From Chloroflexota bacterium (GTDB lineage Bacteria > Chloroflexota > Limnocylindria > Limnocylindrales > CSP1-4): a stretch of DNA of 43,133 nt. The stretch is from assembly GCA_016200675.1 (NCBI GenBank), contig JACQEH010000006.1:1-43133 (forward strand), in the 5' to 3' direction. Under the pieces are notes generated by a model. The model searched no databases. It was given only the letters and a program-made list of their open reading frames with translations, and had not been told where the DNA came from. Below are positions 24,959 through 36,034 of this stretch, piece after piece. The translations under genes and the position numbers were made by a program. Each line of letters begins with the position of its first letter. Position 1 is the stretch's first letter.

Positions 24959-25936
24959 CTACCCGGACGGCGTCATCTTGGCCAGCACCTCGGCCGGGCT
25001 GAACGATGCGCCGACCTCGATCCGAGGGGCCTCCAGGCGGCGATCCCACCTCTCGCGGCTGCCAGCCTCGGTCGTTACCGCCATCGAGAACCCGGCCTGG
25101 CGCACGATCGACTCGACCCCGGCATCGAAGGCGCCGAAGGGGTAGGCGAAGGTCGTCGGCGCCGAGCCGAGGGCGCTCGTCAGGAGTGCCTGGGCCGAGT
25201 CGACCTGGGTCCGGACCTCGGCGCCGGGGAGGCGGCTCAGGACCTGGTGCCCGAGGGTGTGGTTGCCGATCTCCATCCCCTCGGCGGCCAGCTCGGCGAC
25301 CTGCGCCCAGGTCAGGTTGTGGGGGTTGCCGATCCGGCCGGCGACCACGTAGAAGGTCGCCACGTCGCCATACTTCCGGAGGACCGGCAGGGCATAGGTG
25401 GCGCCGTCAGCATGGCCGTCGTCGATCGTGATCACGAACGTCCTGGGGGCCACCTCGCGTCCGCTGGCAAGGGCGTTCGCCAGCTCGCGGGTCGTGATCG
25501 TCCGCCAGTCTGCCGCTCGCAGCGCCGCCAGCTGCGCATCGAACAGGGCCGGGTCGACGGCGAGCGCCGGCAGGGCATAGGCCCGGGCCACGGCCCACGG
25601 CGCGATGACATGATAGGTCAGGATCGGAACGCGAAGGCTGAAGCCGGGCGAGGGCGAGGCGACCGGCAGGCCGGGCGTTCCGGCCGCCGGCGCCACCGGC
25701 GTCGCGGCAACGGACGGGTCGGCGGAGCGCGTCGGGACCGGGTTTCCGGACGGCAGGGCCGGCGGCGTCGCGGATGGTGGCGGGGTGGCCGCGGGAATCG
25801 ACGAGACGCACCCCCCGACGCTGCCCGCGGCCAGCATCCACGCGAGGGCCCGCCAGCGGGCGCGCCGGCGTAGCGACCGCGCGCCACAGGCCGATGGCGT
25901 GTGCTCGCTGCGCCGCAGGGGATGCCGCCAGACCAC
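24959..25936 (-). CDS. Polysaccharide deacetylase (CE4/NodB), probably exported
   Basis: VPILTYH, ITIDDG, ATFYV, EIGNHTLGH, FAYPFG, with a Pro-rich linker. Start placed at the GTG after AGGAG; a TATGCT -10 lies at 25989-25994. Confidence 0.87.
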   Translation of the reverse strand: MVWRHPLRRSEHTPSACGARSLRRRARWRALAWMLAAGSVGGCVSSIPAATPPPSATPPALPSGNPVPTRSADPSVAATPVAPAAGTPGLPVASPSPGFSLRVPILTYHVIAPWAVARAYALPALAVDPALFDAQLAALRAADWRTITTRELANALASGREVAPRTFVITIDDGHADGATYALPVLRKYGDVATFYVVAGRIGNPHNLTWAQVAELAAEGMEIGNHTLGHQVLSRLPGAEVRTQVDSAQALLTSALGSAPTTFAYPFGAFDAGVESIVRQAGFSMAVTTEAGSRERWDRRLEAPRIEVGASFSPAEVLAKMTPSG

Positions 25937-26077
25937 GATCCACTCCTGCCAGCAGGCCCATCCGGGGTCCCCTCGCCCCGGGGCGATGAGCATAGTCGTC
26001 GAGCCCTCGCGGCGCGCCCTGCGCCCGTGCGGCCTCGGTCCGGCTCCGCCGGTCGATCGTGAGCGGCGGCGTCGCGT

Positions 26078-26866
26078 TCAGCCGATCACGTAGACGACGG
26101 CCACCGTCACGGAAACCTCGTTCGTGCCCGGCTGGACGGGCGTTGCGGCGGCCTTGTCGGCGGCGACCCCGGCCATCGCCCCGTAATAGACGGGGTAGGG
26201 GATCGGGGCCACGGTCTCGCTGATCGAGGCCACCGTGCCGAGGGAGATTCCCGCGGCCGAGGCCAGCGTCTGGGCCTTGGACTTCGCCTCGGCCATGGCC
26301 GCCTCGCGCGCCCGCTTCTCGGCAGCCGCCTGGTCCTCGACCCGGAAGGTCACGCCGTCCATCGTGGTTGCGCCGGCGGCCAGGGCGCCGTCGATGGCGT
26401 CCCCGACCTTGTCGAGGTCCCGGATCGTCACGGCGATGGCGTTCGAGAGGCTGTAGCCGGTCAACCGCGGGCGGCTCGAGTTCGACGAGTAGTCGTAGAC
26501 CGGCTGGAGGGACAGGATCGTGGTCTGGATGTCCCGGTCGGCGATCCCGAGCTTCTTGAGGCCGGCGATCACGGCGGTCATCGCCGTGGCATTGGCCGCC
26601 CGGGCGTCCTTGACCGTCTTGGCTGTGATCGAGACCCCAAGGCGAAGGTCGGCGATGTCGGGGCTGATCATGACCCGCCCGGTTCCGCTGACGCTGATGG
26701 TGTGTTCGGGTTTCGTGGCCGTGGGATCGGCGGCGAGGATCGCGTGCGGCGCCAGGGCCGGGCCGGCGATCATGGCCACCAGCAGGCCGGCCGCGAGGCC
26801 GAGGGCCGCCCAGCGCACCCGCGGCCCGGGTACGGGGATGGCGACAGTGACGGTCGTGCGAGTCAT
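26078..26866 (-). CDS. SIMPL (DUF541) domain protein
   Basis: Signal peptide; ISVSGTGRV..PDIA, DIQT..LSLQPVYDY, AREAAMAEAKSKA..LA, QPGTNEVSVTV. Confidence 0.9.
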   Translation of the reverse strand: MTRTTVTVAIPVPGPRVRWAALGLAAGLLVAMIAGPALAPHAILAADPTATKPEHTISVSGTGRVMISPDIADLRLGVSITAKTVKDARAANATAMTAVIAGLKKLGIADRDIQTTILSLQPVYDYSSNSSRPRLTGYSLSNAIAVTIRDLDKVGDAIDGALAAGATTMDGVTFRVEDQAAAEKRAREAAMAEAKSKAQTLASAAGISLGTVASISETVAPIPYPVYYGAMAGVAADKAAATPVQPGTNEVSVTVAVVYVIG

Positions 26867-26917
26867 CGGGTGCTCCAGTCGAGGTTCGGGCGGCGATGTC
26901 GGCCGCGTTGGCCCGCT

Positions 26918-26943
26918 GACGCCGCGACTGCGGGCCAGGTTCC
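26918..26943 (-). promoter_or_regulatory. Putative ECF-type promoter GGAACC-N16-CGTC upstream of the SIMPL gene
   Basis: Minus strand ggaacc tggcccgcagtcgcgg cgtc, about 50 nt upstream of ATG 26866. Confidence 0.5.
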
Positions 26944-27020
26944 GTCGCGCCCCTGTCGATTCCCGGGCGACCCGTTCGTGGTCCCGCTGAACCCGACCCA
27001 GCGCCGGAAGGAAGGACGAC

Positions 27021-27374
27021 ATGGGCAACCCGATCGTGCACTTCGAGATCCGCTCCGACGACCCGGACCGGACCCGCGAGTTCTACGCGAAGCTCTTCGG
27101 CTGGAGCTACCGGCCAGGCGACTTCGCGGGCTACACCTACGTCGACAGCGGCGTCCCGTCGGGCACGATTCCCGGTGGCATCAGCCCCCTCCAGGGCGGC
27201 CGGCCGATGGTCACGGTCTTCGCCGGGGTACCGAACGTCCAGCAGGCCCTCGACAAGGCGGTGGCCCTCGGGGGGCGCGTCGTCCAGCCCGCGCAGAGCG
27301 TCCCCGGGGTCACCTTCGGCCTGTTCGAGGACCCCCAGGGCTTCGTCGTCGGCGTCGCATCGAATGACGCGTAG
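27021..27374 (+). CDS. VOC / glyoxalase family protein
   Basis: IVHFEI, FYAKLFGW, GGI, LGG.VV.P, FEDPQG. AGGA RBS. Confidence 0.9.
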   Translation: MGNPIVHFEIRSDDPDRTREFYAKLFGWSYRPGDFAGYTYVDSGVPSGTIPGGISPLQGGRPMVTVFAGVPNVQQALDKAVALGGRVVQPAQSVPGVTFGLFEDPQGFVVGVASNDA

Positions 27375-27433
27375 GGGAGCGGGACCCGGGGCCGGATCCG
27401 CGTCGGGCGAGGATCCGTTCGGTCGACGCCGGG

Positions 27434-27462
27434 CCGGGTCCCGGTACCGGCCCGGGACCCGG
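27434..27462 (+). terminator. GC-rich hairpin downstream of the VOC gene
   Basis: CCGGGTCCCGG-taccggc-CCGGGACCCGG, an 11-bp stem with no U-tract. Confidence 0.45.
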
Positions 27463-27545
27463 GGCGCCTAGTCCTATCGGGTCGGAGGCGGCTGGGCCTG
27501 TTGGGTCGTGGACTGACGGGCCGCCGGCGTTGACGCTGGCTGCCC

Positions 27546-29975
27546 GTGAAACCACGACGTCACCTCAACCGGCCGCCCGTCCCCGGCGGCGCCCATCTCG
27601 GCCTGCGGCGATCGTTGGCGATCCCCATGATCGTCGCGCTCCTGCTGGCGCTGCTCTCGGTCGCCCCGGCCGCGGCAACCTCGACCACGATGGCGCCTGC
27701 CTGCGACGGGATCAACATCCGGACCGCAGCTTCGACTAGCGCGACCGTGGTCGTGAGGCTCGGTCCGGCCGTCACCGTCACGGTGACCGGCACGGTCGCC
27801 GGCGGAAGCTGGGCCGCGAGCTGTCCGACGGCCAAGGCGGGATCCACCTGGTACACCGTCTCGGCGATCAACGGGACGGCCGCGGCGACGCTCTACGGGG
27901 CCTCGATCGTCTATGCCGCGACCGGCGTCCTCACGAGCCCGGCCGCACCCGCGGGGGCGGCGGCCACGGCGGCTTCGGCCGTCGCGGCGACCGCGACGCC
28001 GGCAGCACCGGCTGCGCCGTCCACGCCGCCGGCAGCACCCACTGCGCCGTCGCCCGCGCCGCCGGCTGCCGGCGCGACCGCCCTGGCCCCGGCCTGCGAC
28101 GGCGTCAACATCCGGAAGTCGCCCTCGACGGCGGCCACCGCCGTCGTCCGCCTGGGCGTGACCGCGAAGCTGACCGGGACCGGGACCGTCACCGGCGGTG
28201 CCTGGAGCGCGACCTGCCCGACATCGAAGTCGGGCTCCACCTGGTTCGCCATCACGGCGGTCAACGGGACCGCCGTCGCCTCGATCTACGGAGCGACAGT
28301 GGTGTATGCGGCGACCGGCGTAATGAACGTTCAGCCAGCGTCGCCGACGGCCGCGACCCAGCCGCCGCCCGCGACCCCGACGAGCGCACCGCCGGCCGCG
28401 GCGGCTGCCACCCCGACCCCGGCGCCCGTCGCCGCGAGCCCCACGCCCGTCGCGACGAACCCCATCGCCGGCGCGTCATCGGCCCCGACCGGCCAATCGC
28501 TCGTGCCGGCCTGCGACGGCGTCAACATCCGGGCGACGGCCTCGACCAGTGCGGCCGTGATCGCCAAGGTGGGGCTGGCAACCACGCTGGTGGTGTCGGG
28601 GACGACGACCGGCAGCACCTGGAGCACCACCTGCCCCACCGCCAAGTCGGGTTCCGGCTGGTACGTCGTGACGCACATCAACGGAGCAACCGTTCAGGCA
28701 CTGTTCGGTGTCCCGTCGCTGTACGCGGCGGTCGGCGTCCTGACGGCGCCCGCACCACCCGCGGCGCCCGCCGCGACGACCGTGACGCTCGGCTCGGCGA
28801 CCACCTTCTACGGCCGCGGCTACGGGCACGGCGTCGGCCTCTCCCAGTACGGCGCCCGCGGGCGCGCCCTCGCCGGGCAGACCGCGGCCCAGATCCTGGC
28901 CCGCTATTACGCGGGGACCACGATCGGCACGATCCCGTCGGGAAGCACGATCCGCGTCCTGGTCCTCGACACCTTTGCGGCGTCGGCGACCGCTCCCCTG
29001 ACGATCGCCGGTCGTGGCGGAGCGTGGAGCGTGAGCGGCATCGGGAGGACCTTCCCGGCCGATGCGATCCTTCGCCTGGCGCCCGCGACCGCCAGCCCGA
29101 CGGGCTGGCAGGTGACGGTCAGGGATGCCTCGGGCGCGGTCCTCTCCGACGGCCCCGCACCCCTCGGGGCGACGGTGGCCGGGACGTCGGAGGCGACGAC
29201 CCTCCAGCTCGTGTCGAAGCCGACGAACTACGACCTCTTCCGGGGCGTCCTCCGCTGGTCCCTCTCGGGCTCGACGGCCACCGTCGTCAACGAGCTGCCG
29301 CTGGAGACCTATCTCCGGGGGGTCGTGCCATCCGAGATGCCGAGCTCGTGGCCGGCGGACGCGCGCCTCGCCCAGACGATCGCCTCGCGCTCGTTCGCCG
29401 CCTACCGTCTCCGTCCCGGAACCGGCACCTTCGACCTCTACGACGACACCCGCTCGCAGGTCTACCGCGGCGTCCACGCCGAGACGGCGGTGAGCGACGC
29501 CACGATCGCGGCATCGGCGAACCAGGTGCTTCGCAGCGGGACGGCCCTCGTCAATGCCCTCTTCCACTCGACCGCCGGCGGCGCGACCGAGAACAACGAG
29601 AACGTCTTCGTCTCGGCGTCCGGTGCCCGCACGGCCGGGGTCGTCGCCTACCTCCGGGGTTCGCTGGATCGTGACTCGGCCGGCGTGTCCTATGACGCAG
29701 CCGCGCCCTATGCCACGTGGCAGACGGGCACCTACGGCATCGCCCAGCTGTCGTCCATCTTCGGCGCCGACAGCCGGACGGCCGTCGGAACTCTGACCGC
29801 CATCGACCTCTCGAACCGGGGTGTCTCGGGACGGCTGATCAGCGTCACCCTGACGGGCTCCGGCGGATTCAGGACCGTCTCGGGCCAGGTCTTCGTCGAC
29901 GTCTTCAACGCCAATCGACCGAGCGGCGACCTGCCCCTCCGGAGCACCCTCGTCGGCCTCGCCCCGATCCCCTGA
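27546..29975 (+). CDS. SpoIID/LytB family lytic transglycosylase with three N-terminal Cys-paired SH3-like repeats
   Basis: Signal/TM segment, three ~80-aa repeats (PACDGxNIR...CPTxKxGSxW), [53 protein letters not shown]. Confidence 0.88.
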   Translation: MKPRRHLNRPPVPGGAHLGLRRSLAIPMIVALLLALLSVAPAAATSTTMAPACDGINIRTAASTSATVVVRLGPAVTVTVTGTVAGGSWAASCPTAKAGSTWYTVSAINGTAAATLYGASIVYAATGVLTSPAAPAGAAATAASAVAATATPAAPAAPSTPPAAPTAPSPAPPAAGATALAPACDGVNIRKSPSTAATAVVRLGVTAKLTGTGTVTGGAWSATCPTSKSGSTWFAITAVNGTAVASIYGATVVYAATGVMNVQPASPTAATQPPPATPTSAPPAAAAATPTPAPVAASPTPVATNPIAGASSAPTGQSLVPACDGVNIRATASTSAAVIAKVGLATTLVVSGTTTGSTWSTTCPTAKSGSGWYVVTHINGATVQALFGVPSLYAAVGVLTAPAPPAAPAATTVTLGSATTFYGRGYGHGVGLSQYGARGRALAGQTAAQILARYYAGTTIGTIPSGSTIRVLVLDTFAASATAPLTIAGRGGAWSVSGIGRTFPADAILRLAPATASPTGWQVTVRDASGAVLSDGPAPLGATVAGTSEATTLQLVSKPTNYDLFRGVLRWSLSGSTATVVNELPLETYLRGVVPSEMPSSWPADARLAQTIASRSFAAYRLRPGTGTFDLYDDTRSQVYRGVHAETAVSDATIAASANQVLRSGTALVNALFHSTAGGATENNENVFVSASGARTAGVVAYLRGSLDRDSAGVSYDAAAPYATWQTGTYGIAQLSSIFGADSRTAVGTLTAIDLSNRGVSGRLISVTLTGSGGFRTVSGQVFVDVFNANRPSGDLPLRSTLVGLAPIP

Positions 29976-29980
29976 CATTG

Positions 29981-30009
29981 CCGCCGGCATCCGCCGGCAT
30001 CCGCCGGCC
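29981..30009 (+). repeat. 10-bp tandem repeat ccgccggcat, about 3 copies
   Basis: ccgccggcat ccgccggcat ccgccggcc(a), upstream of the trpB2 promoter. Confidence 0.7.
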
Positions 30010-30075
30010 ACGCTCGTGCCGGCGAGCCCACTGCTAGAGTCACGGTCCCCAGCCGACGACGAGAGGGATCACGAC

Positions 30076-31446
30076 ATGGCCGCTGACCGGACGAAGTTCA
30101 TCCTCGACGAGGAGCGCATTCCGCGGGCCTGGTACAACATCGCCGCCGATCTCCCGAGCCCCGCCCCGCCGGTCCTCCATCCGGGCACGGGCCGGCCCAT
30201 CGGGCCTGCCGACCTGGCGCCGCTCTTCCCGATGGAGCTCATCAAGCAGGTCGTCAGCCAGGATCGCGAGATCGAGATCCCGGGACCGGTCCGGGACGCC
30301 TATCGCCTCTACCGGCCGAGCCCGCTCTTCCGGGCCCACCGCCTGGAGAAGGCGCTCGATACGCCGGCCCACATCTACTACAAGTACGAGGGCGGCAGCC
30401 CGTCCGGCAGCCACAAGCCGAACACCGCCCTGCCGCAGGCCTTCTACAACCAGCAGGAGGGCGTGACCCGCCTCGCCACCGAGACGGGGGCCGGCCAATG
30501 GGGCAGCGCGCTGGCCTTTGCCGGCGCGGCCTTCGGCCTCGAGGTCAAGGTCTTCATGGTCCGCAGCAGCTACGACCAGAAGCCCTACCGGCGAGTGCTC
30601 ATGGAGACCTACGGGGCGGAGGTCGTCGCCAGCCCCAGCCCGGACACCGCGTACGGCCGGAGCGTCCTGGCCGAGCTCCCCGATCACACGGGCTCCCTCG
30701 GCCTCGCCATCAGCGAGGCGATCGAGGATACCGTCACCCATCCCGGAACGAAGTACTCGCTCGGCTCCGTCTTCGACTTCGTGCTCCTCCACCAGACCGT
30801 CATCGGCCTCGAGGCGATCGAACAGATGGCCCTGGCCGGCGAGGAACCGGACGTCCTCATCGGCTGCGCGGGCGGCGGCTCGAACTTCGCCGGGCTGACG
30901 TTCCCGTTCCTCGGCCGTGGCCTGCGGGGCGGTCCGAAGCCTCGGATCATCGCGGTCGAGCCGGAGGCGGCGCCGTCGCTCACGAAGGGCGTCTATCGCT
31001 ACGACTTCGGGGACACGGCCCGGATGACGCCGCTGGTGAAGATGCACACCCTGGGTCACGACTTCATCCCCGAGCCGATTCATGCGGGTGGTCTTCGCTA
31101 TCACGGCATGTCGCCGCTCGTGTCGAAGCTCAAGGAAGAGGGCCGCATCGAGGCCCGCGCCGCCCACCAGCGGGCGACCTTCGAGGCCGGGGTCCAGTTT
31201 GCCCGGGCCGAGGGGATCCTGCCGGCTCCTGAGCCGACCCACGCCATCAAGGTCGCGATCGACGAGGCCCTCGAGGCCCGGGCGGCCGGCCAGCCGCGGG
31301 TCATCCTCTTCAACCTCTGCGGCCACGGGCACTTCGACCTTTCGGCCTACGAGCGCTACCTGTCCGGGGCCCTGGAGGACTACGAGTACCCGAGCGCCAA
31401 GGTCGCCGAGGCGCTCAAGGCCCTCGAGGGTCTGCCGGTCGGCTGA
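30076..31446 (+). CDS. trpB2: TrpB2, stand-alone tryptophan synthase beta-like PLP enzyme
   Basis: [14 protein letters not shown] (PLP Lys), [45 protein letters not shown] -10 and GAGAGG RBS upstream. Confidence 0.94.
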   Translation: MAADRTKFILDEERIPRAWYNIAADLPSPAPPVLHPGTGRPIGPADLAPLFPMELIKQVVSQDREIEIPGPVRDAYRLYRPSPLFRAHRLEKALDTPAHIYYKYEGGSPSGSHKPNTALPQAFYNQQEGVTRLATETGAGQWGSALAFAGAAFGLEVKVFMVRSSYDQKPYRRVLMETYGAEVVASPSPDTAYGRSVLAELPDHTGSLGLAISEAIEDTVTHPGTKYSLGSVFDFVLLHQTVIGLEAIEQMALAGEEPDVLIGCAGGGSNFAGLTFPFLGRGLRGGPKPRIIAVEPEAAPSLTKGVYRYDFGDTARMTPLVKMHTLGHDFIPEPIHAGGLRYHGMSPLVSKLKEEGRIEARAAHQRATFEAGVQFARAEGILPAPEPTHAIKVAIDEALEARAAGQPRVILFNLCGHGHFDLSAYERYLSGALEDYEYPSAKVAEALKALEGLPVG

Positions 31447-31535
31447 TCCTGCGGTCGCGGGCCGCTCGGGCGACCGCCATCCCGGCGTCCGCACCGTCGC
31501 GGGCGGGCCGACCGCCCGCTCGCTACAGTCTGCCG

Positions 31536-32557
<1,022 letters not shown>

Positions 32558-32561
<4 letters not shown>

Positions 32562-33361
32562 GGATCTTCGTGGCGGGGATCCGCAAGCTCCTGCGTCGGC
32601 CGGCGACCTTCGTCACGTTGGGGCTGCTCGTGGGGCTCCTTGGCCTGATCCTCATCGCCGTGAGCGCGACAGCCGGCCAGCGAACCGGCCGAGCGGCCCA
32701 GGAGAGCCTTCTCCTGGTGACCTTCCCAGGCGCCTACTCCCTGATCCTGTCCTTCATCCTCGGGCTCGGCGGCCTCTTCGCCGTGATCTACGGCGCAGCG
32801 ATCGCGGGATCCGAGTGGACGTGGGGGACGCTGAAAGCCGCCGTCGCCCGAGGCGAGAGCCGCAGCGGGTACCAGCTCCTGTCGTTCGCGGCGATCGTCG
32901 TCATGGTCGGCGTCGGGCTCGTCCTGGCCCTCGCGGCCGGGGTCGTGGTGGCCATCATCGGGGCCAATATCGCGGGCGTCTCCACGGCTGGTCTGAACGA
33001 CACGGAGACCTTGGGGAAGATGCCGGAGCTCATGGCCCGGGCCTGGCTGGCGATCGTCGAGGAAGGTGCCCTCGGCTTTGCCATCGCCACCCTGGCTCGC
33101 AGCCAGCTGGCCGGCATCGGGGCCGGCATCGGCGTCTACTTCGGCGAGCAGTTCGCCTCGATCTTCCTGCCCGACATCGTCAAGTACCTGCCCTTCAACG
33201 CCGCGACCGCCGTCGTCGCCACCTCGGGCACCGGCGGACCCGGCGGCGGCGCAATCGCCAGGCTGGAGCCGAACGTCGCCCTTCTCGTGGTCGTGGCCTG
33301 GCTCATGGGCGCCCTCCTCGTGACGGCCATATTCACGGAGCGGGCCGAGATCTCGGGCTGA
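32558..33361 (+). CDS. ABC-2 type exporter permease
   Basis: About 6 TM helices; GSEWTWGTLK; KYLPF; ATGA coupling with the ATPase gene. Confidence 0.9.
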
Positions 33362-33410
33362 CACGGGCCGCCTCGGCGGAGCCGCGGGACGGAACCGCGC
33401 GACGGCGCCT

Positions 33411-33480
33411 GCCGAACGGAACCGGCCGAACCGAGCCGGCCAAACCGAGCCGGCCGAACCGAGCCGGCCGAACGGAACCG
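33411..33480. repeat. Five tandem 14-bp repeats (GCCGAACCGAGCCG consensus)
   Basis: gccgaacggaaccg | gccgaaccgagccg | gccaaaccgagccg | gccgaaccgagccg | gccgaacggaaccg, between convergent genes. Confidence 0.9.
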
Positions 33481-33517
33481 GCGGGAAGGCGACGCGGGTG
33501 GTCCCGTTGGGCGGCTG

Positions 33518-33541
33518 CGCGCCGGACGGGCCGTCCGGCGC
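33518..33541. terminator. GC hairpin between convergent genes
   Basis: gcgccggacgg-g-ccgtccggcgc inverted repeat. Confidence 0.45.
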
Positions 33542-33628
33542 GGCGTGACCGTGCTCGAGGCCCGACTCCCCGGGATGTTCGGGCAGATGCGGGCGAGTCC
33601 AACCGGAGCACCTCACGCCCTTCGGCAG

Positions 33629-34930
33629 TCAGGCCTCCGCCGGTGCCGTCGTGGCGAATACTGCGGGCAGCGGGATACCGAATCGCCGACACAGGGCAGT
33701 CACGTCCGCGACGTCCTTCGCTCCGGGCTCGTAGCCCGTGTGGAAGCGAACGAGCCACTCGGGCGCAATGCAGGCGACATCGCGCCCGCCGATGCTGCCC
33801 ATGCCTGCGAGGGCGGCCGACGGGTAGGCGTCGCCAACCTCGGGCGGGCCGTAGGCACCCGACCCTGTCTCGTCCCGAACGATGACGTGGAAGTCGATCT
33901 CGTGTCCCTCGTCGTCGCCGAGGACGAAGTTCCACGGGCGCGTATCGTCGCGTGGCACGTGGCCGTAACCGAGGTCCGTGAGGGCCGCGACCACCGTTGC
34001 GAGGTCGTGGAGCTCGATGACGATGTCCAGGTCCCCGTGGCGTCGCGTCTGCTCGCCCAGGCAGGCATCCACGGCCCAGCCGCCGTCAATCCAGATGCGA
34101 ACCCCGAGGCCACTCATCAGGTCCAGGAAGGTCACCACATCGTCGACCGTCGTCTCGGGCACGATGAACGGGCCGCCGCGCAGCCACTCCACGTCGGGCT
34201 CCCAGGAGCCGACCACCGCGCCATGACCAGCAAGGTGGGCCGCGACCTCGACATGCCGGAAGACGCTCCGCTGCATCTCGGGGCCCTGATTCGAGGCGAG
34301 CTGATCCGCGACGCGGGCGACATCCACGAAGGCGAGTGGGCGCGCCGCGAGCTCGTGACGGAGCCACTTGTTGAACGGCCGGACGCGACCCTCGAAGGCG
34401 AACGAGGCCGTGAGCAACGGATCGATCGAGGCCAGGGCGTCGAGGCGGCCCTCGAGCTCGCGGCCGGCCTCGAGGTTCCGGAGCGAGCGATAGAGGGAGT
34501 TGATGTAGGCGCCGAGGCTGTCCGCCCCGATCGCCCTGGCCTCCTCCGGCTGCAGGGTCCGCTTGTCGGCGACGAGCCGGCCGATCTCACCGTCGAGCCG
34601 GTCGAGGAGGACGGTCACGCCCAGGAAGGCCGGTCGGTTCCATTCGTCGCGGTCCCCGGGAAGGCCGTGGCCCCGGAACGCGTCGATCGTCATGGGCCAG
34701 GTTTCGACGGCCGCCCCGTGCTCGAGCTTCCACGGCGTGATGTCGTCGGCGACGATGACCAGCATGTCGTAGTCGGACGACGCGTGGATGTAGCCGCCGT
34801 AGCCGCGCGACCCCATGAGGACCAGGCCGAGGATGTCGGGATCCGCCTCGGCTCGCTTGCGAACCGCCTCGTAGGCGGCGGCGATGACATCCGGGTCCAG
34901 GACCCGTTGGGGCAGGGGGCCTTCGGTCAC
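33629..34930 (-). CDS. Fusion of two nucleotidyltransferase domains: an N-terminal Pol-beta/KNTase-like NTase with helical bundle, and a C-terminal lincosamide/ANT(2'')-type NTase
   Basis: LMGSRG..SDYDML in the N-terminal half. WIDGGWAVDA.LG.QTRRHGDLDI, IDFH and FHTGY..KD..D in the C-terminal half. No stop between them. GTG start at 34930. Confidence 0.85.
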   Translation of the reverse strand: MTEGPLPQRVLDPDVIAAAYEAVRKRAEADPDILGLVLMGSRGYGGYIHASSDYDMLVIVADDITPWKLEHGAAVETWPMTIDAFRGHGLPGDRDEWNRPAFLGVTVLLDRLDGEIGRLVADKRTLQPEEARAIGADSLGAYINSLYRSLRNLEAGRELEGRLDALASIDPLLTASFAFEGRVRPFNKWLRHELAARPLAFVDVARVADQLASNQGPEMQRSVFRHVEVAAHLAGHGAVVGSWEPDVEWLRGGPFIVPETTVDDVVTFLDLMSGLGVRIWIDGGWAVDACLGEQTRRHGDLDIVIELHDLATVVAALTDLGYGHVPRDDTRPWNFVLGDDEGHEIDFHVIVRDETGSGAYGPPEVGDAYPSAALAGMGSIGGRDVACIAPEWLVRFHTGYEPGAKDVADVTALCRRFGIPLPAVFATTAPAEA

Positions 34931-35003
34931 TGGCGAAGTATCACCCTCGGCGCCAGCAGCCGCGGAGCTCGCGACCTCGAGATCGGACGGGCATGATGCG
35001 CGG

Positions 35004-35441
35004 ATGGAGCAGCCGTCGCCGGAGGTCTTCCTCGCCGAGTTCCCCGGCCCGCTGCGGGAGATTGCCGACGGGCTACGGGGCGTCGTCGCCCGGGCGGTGC
35101 CGGCCGCGACCGAGCGCGTCCGCTGGGGCTGGCGGATCATCGGCTTCGACCTGCCGGTCGGCCCGCGACGGTCCGTGTACTTCGCCTGGATCATGATCGA
35201 GCCCGCGCACGTCCATCTCGGCTTTCCCCAGGGCGTCCTGATGGCCGATCCCGGCGGGCTGATGAGCGGCGCCGGTATCACGAAGAAGGCACGGTGGGTC
35301 ACGCTGGCCACGGCCCAGCAGCCAGCAGCGGCCGCCCTCGCCGGTCTTGTACGCGAAGCTGCTCGGATCGCCACGCTGTCGCGCGGCGAGCGTGCGGCCC
35401 TGGCGATGGCACATGAGGAGATCGAGAGAAGCGCACCGTGA
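35004..35441 (+). CDS. DUF1801 (YdhG-like) domain protein
   Basis: LRGVVARAVPAATERVRWGW, HVHLGFPQG..MADP..L..G...K.ARWV. Confidence 0.8.
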   Translation: MEQPSPEVFLAEFPGPLREIADGLRGVVARAVPAATERVRWGWRIIGFDLPVGPRRSVYFAWIMIEPAHVHLGFPQGVLMADPGGLMSGAGITKKARWVTLATAQQPAAAALAGLVREAARIATLSRGERAALAMAHEEIERSAP

Positions 35442-35992
35442 ACGACCCAGGAGCAGCCCAGCCAACGCTGAGCGACGAAGTTGTCACCCTTCGGCCATGG
35501 CGACCCGACGACGCCACTGCCGTCGACCGTGCCTGCCAGGACGCCGAGATCGCACGCTTCGTCCCCATCCCGCAGCCGTACACGCTCGACGACGCCCGCT
35601 GGTTCGTCGCCAGCTGTGCCGAGGAGTCGATCACCGGCCCAAGCGCCCACTTCGCCATCGTCGACCCGGCGACGGACCTGCTCCTCGGAGCCATCTCGCG
35701 GCACGGACCGCGGGCCGAGACCCCGCACCGTGCCGCCATCGGCTACTGGCTGGCCCCGGAGGCCAGGGGTCGGGGCGTCGCCACCCGTGCCGTCCGCCTT
35801 CTCGTCGATTGGTCGTTCGCGACGAGCACGACCGTCCGGATGGAGCTCTACACGGACGTGGAGAACGAGCGCTCCGGTCGGGTTGCCCGTCGAGCCGGGT
35901 TCGAGCCGGAGGGGATCCGGCGCGCCTGGGACCTCGATCGCGCGGGTCGCCCGATCGATTCCGCGTTCTACGTGCGGCTTCGGTCGACCTGA
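35438..35992 (+). CDS. GNAT acetyltransferase, RimJ/RimL family
   Basis: LRPW, IGYWLAPEARGRGVAT, N.RS.RVARRAGF..EG. Confidence 0.9.
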   Translation: MNDPGAAQPTLSDEVVTLRPWRPDDATAVDRACQDAEIARFVPIPQPYTLDDARWFVASCAEESITGPSAHFAIVDPATDLLLGAISRHGPRAETPHRAAIGYWLAPEARGRGVATRAVRLLVDWSFATSTTVRMELYTDVENERSGRVARRAGFEPEGIRRAWDLDRAGRPIDSAFYVRLRST

Positions 35993-36034
35993 TCACCCAA
36001 GGGTCACGTGAGCGGCCCCTGCTATCGTCAGCGC

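Noticed and set aside
30076-31446. trpB without trpA as an anomaly
   Set aside because: Stand-alone TrpB2 outside the trp operon is well known.
33411-33480. Possible CRISPR array
   Set aside because: The units are 14 bp, directly adjacent with no spacers, and there are no cas genes.
34931-35728. N-terminal extension of the NTase ORF to 699 aa
   Set aside because: It overlaps the real plus-strand DUF1801 and GNAT genes and is not protein-like; a better start is GTG 34930.
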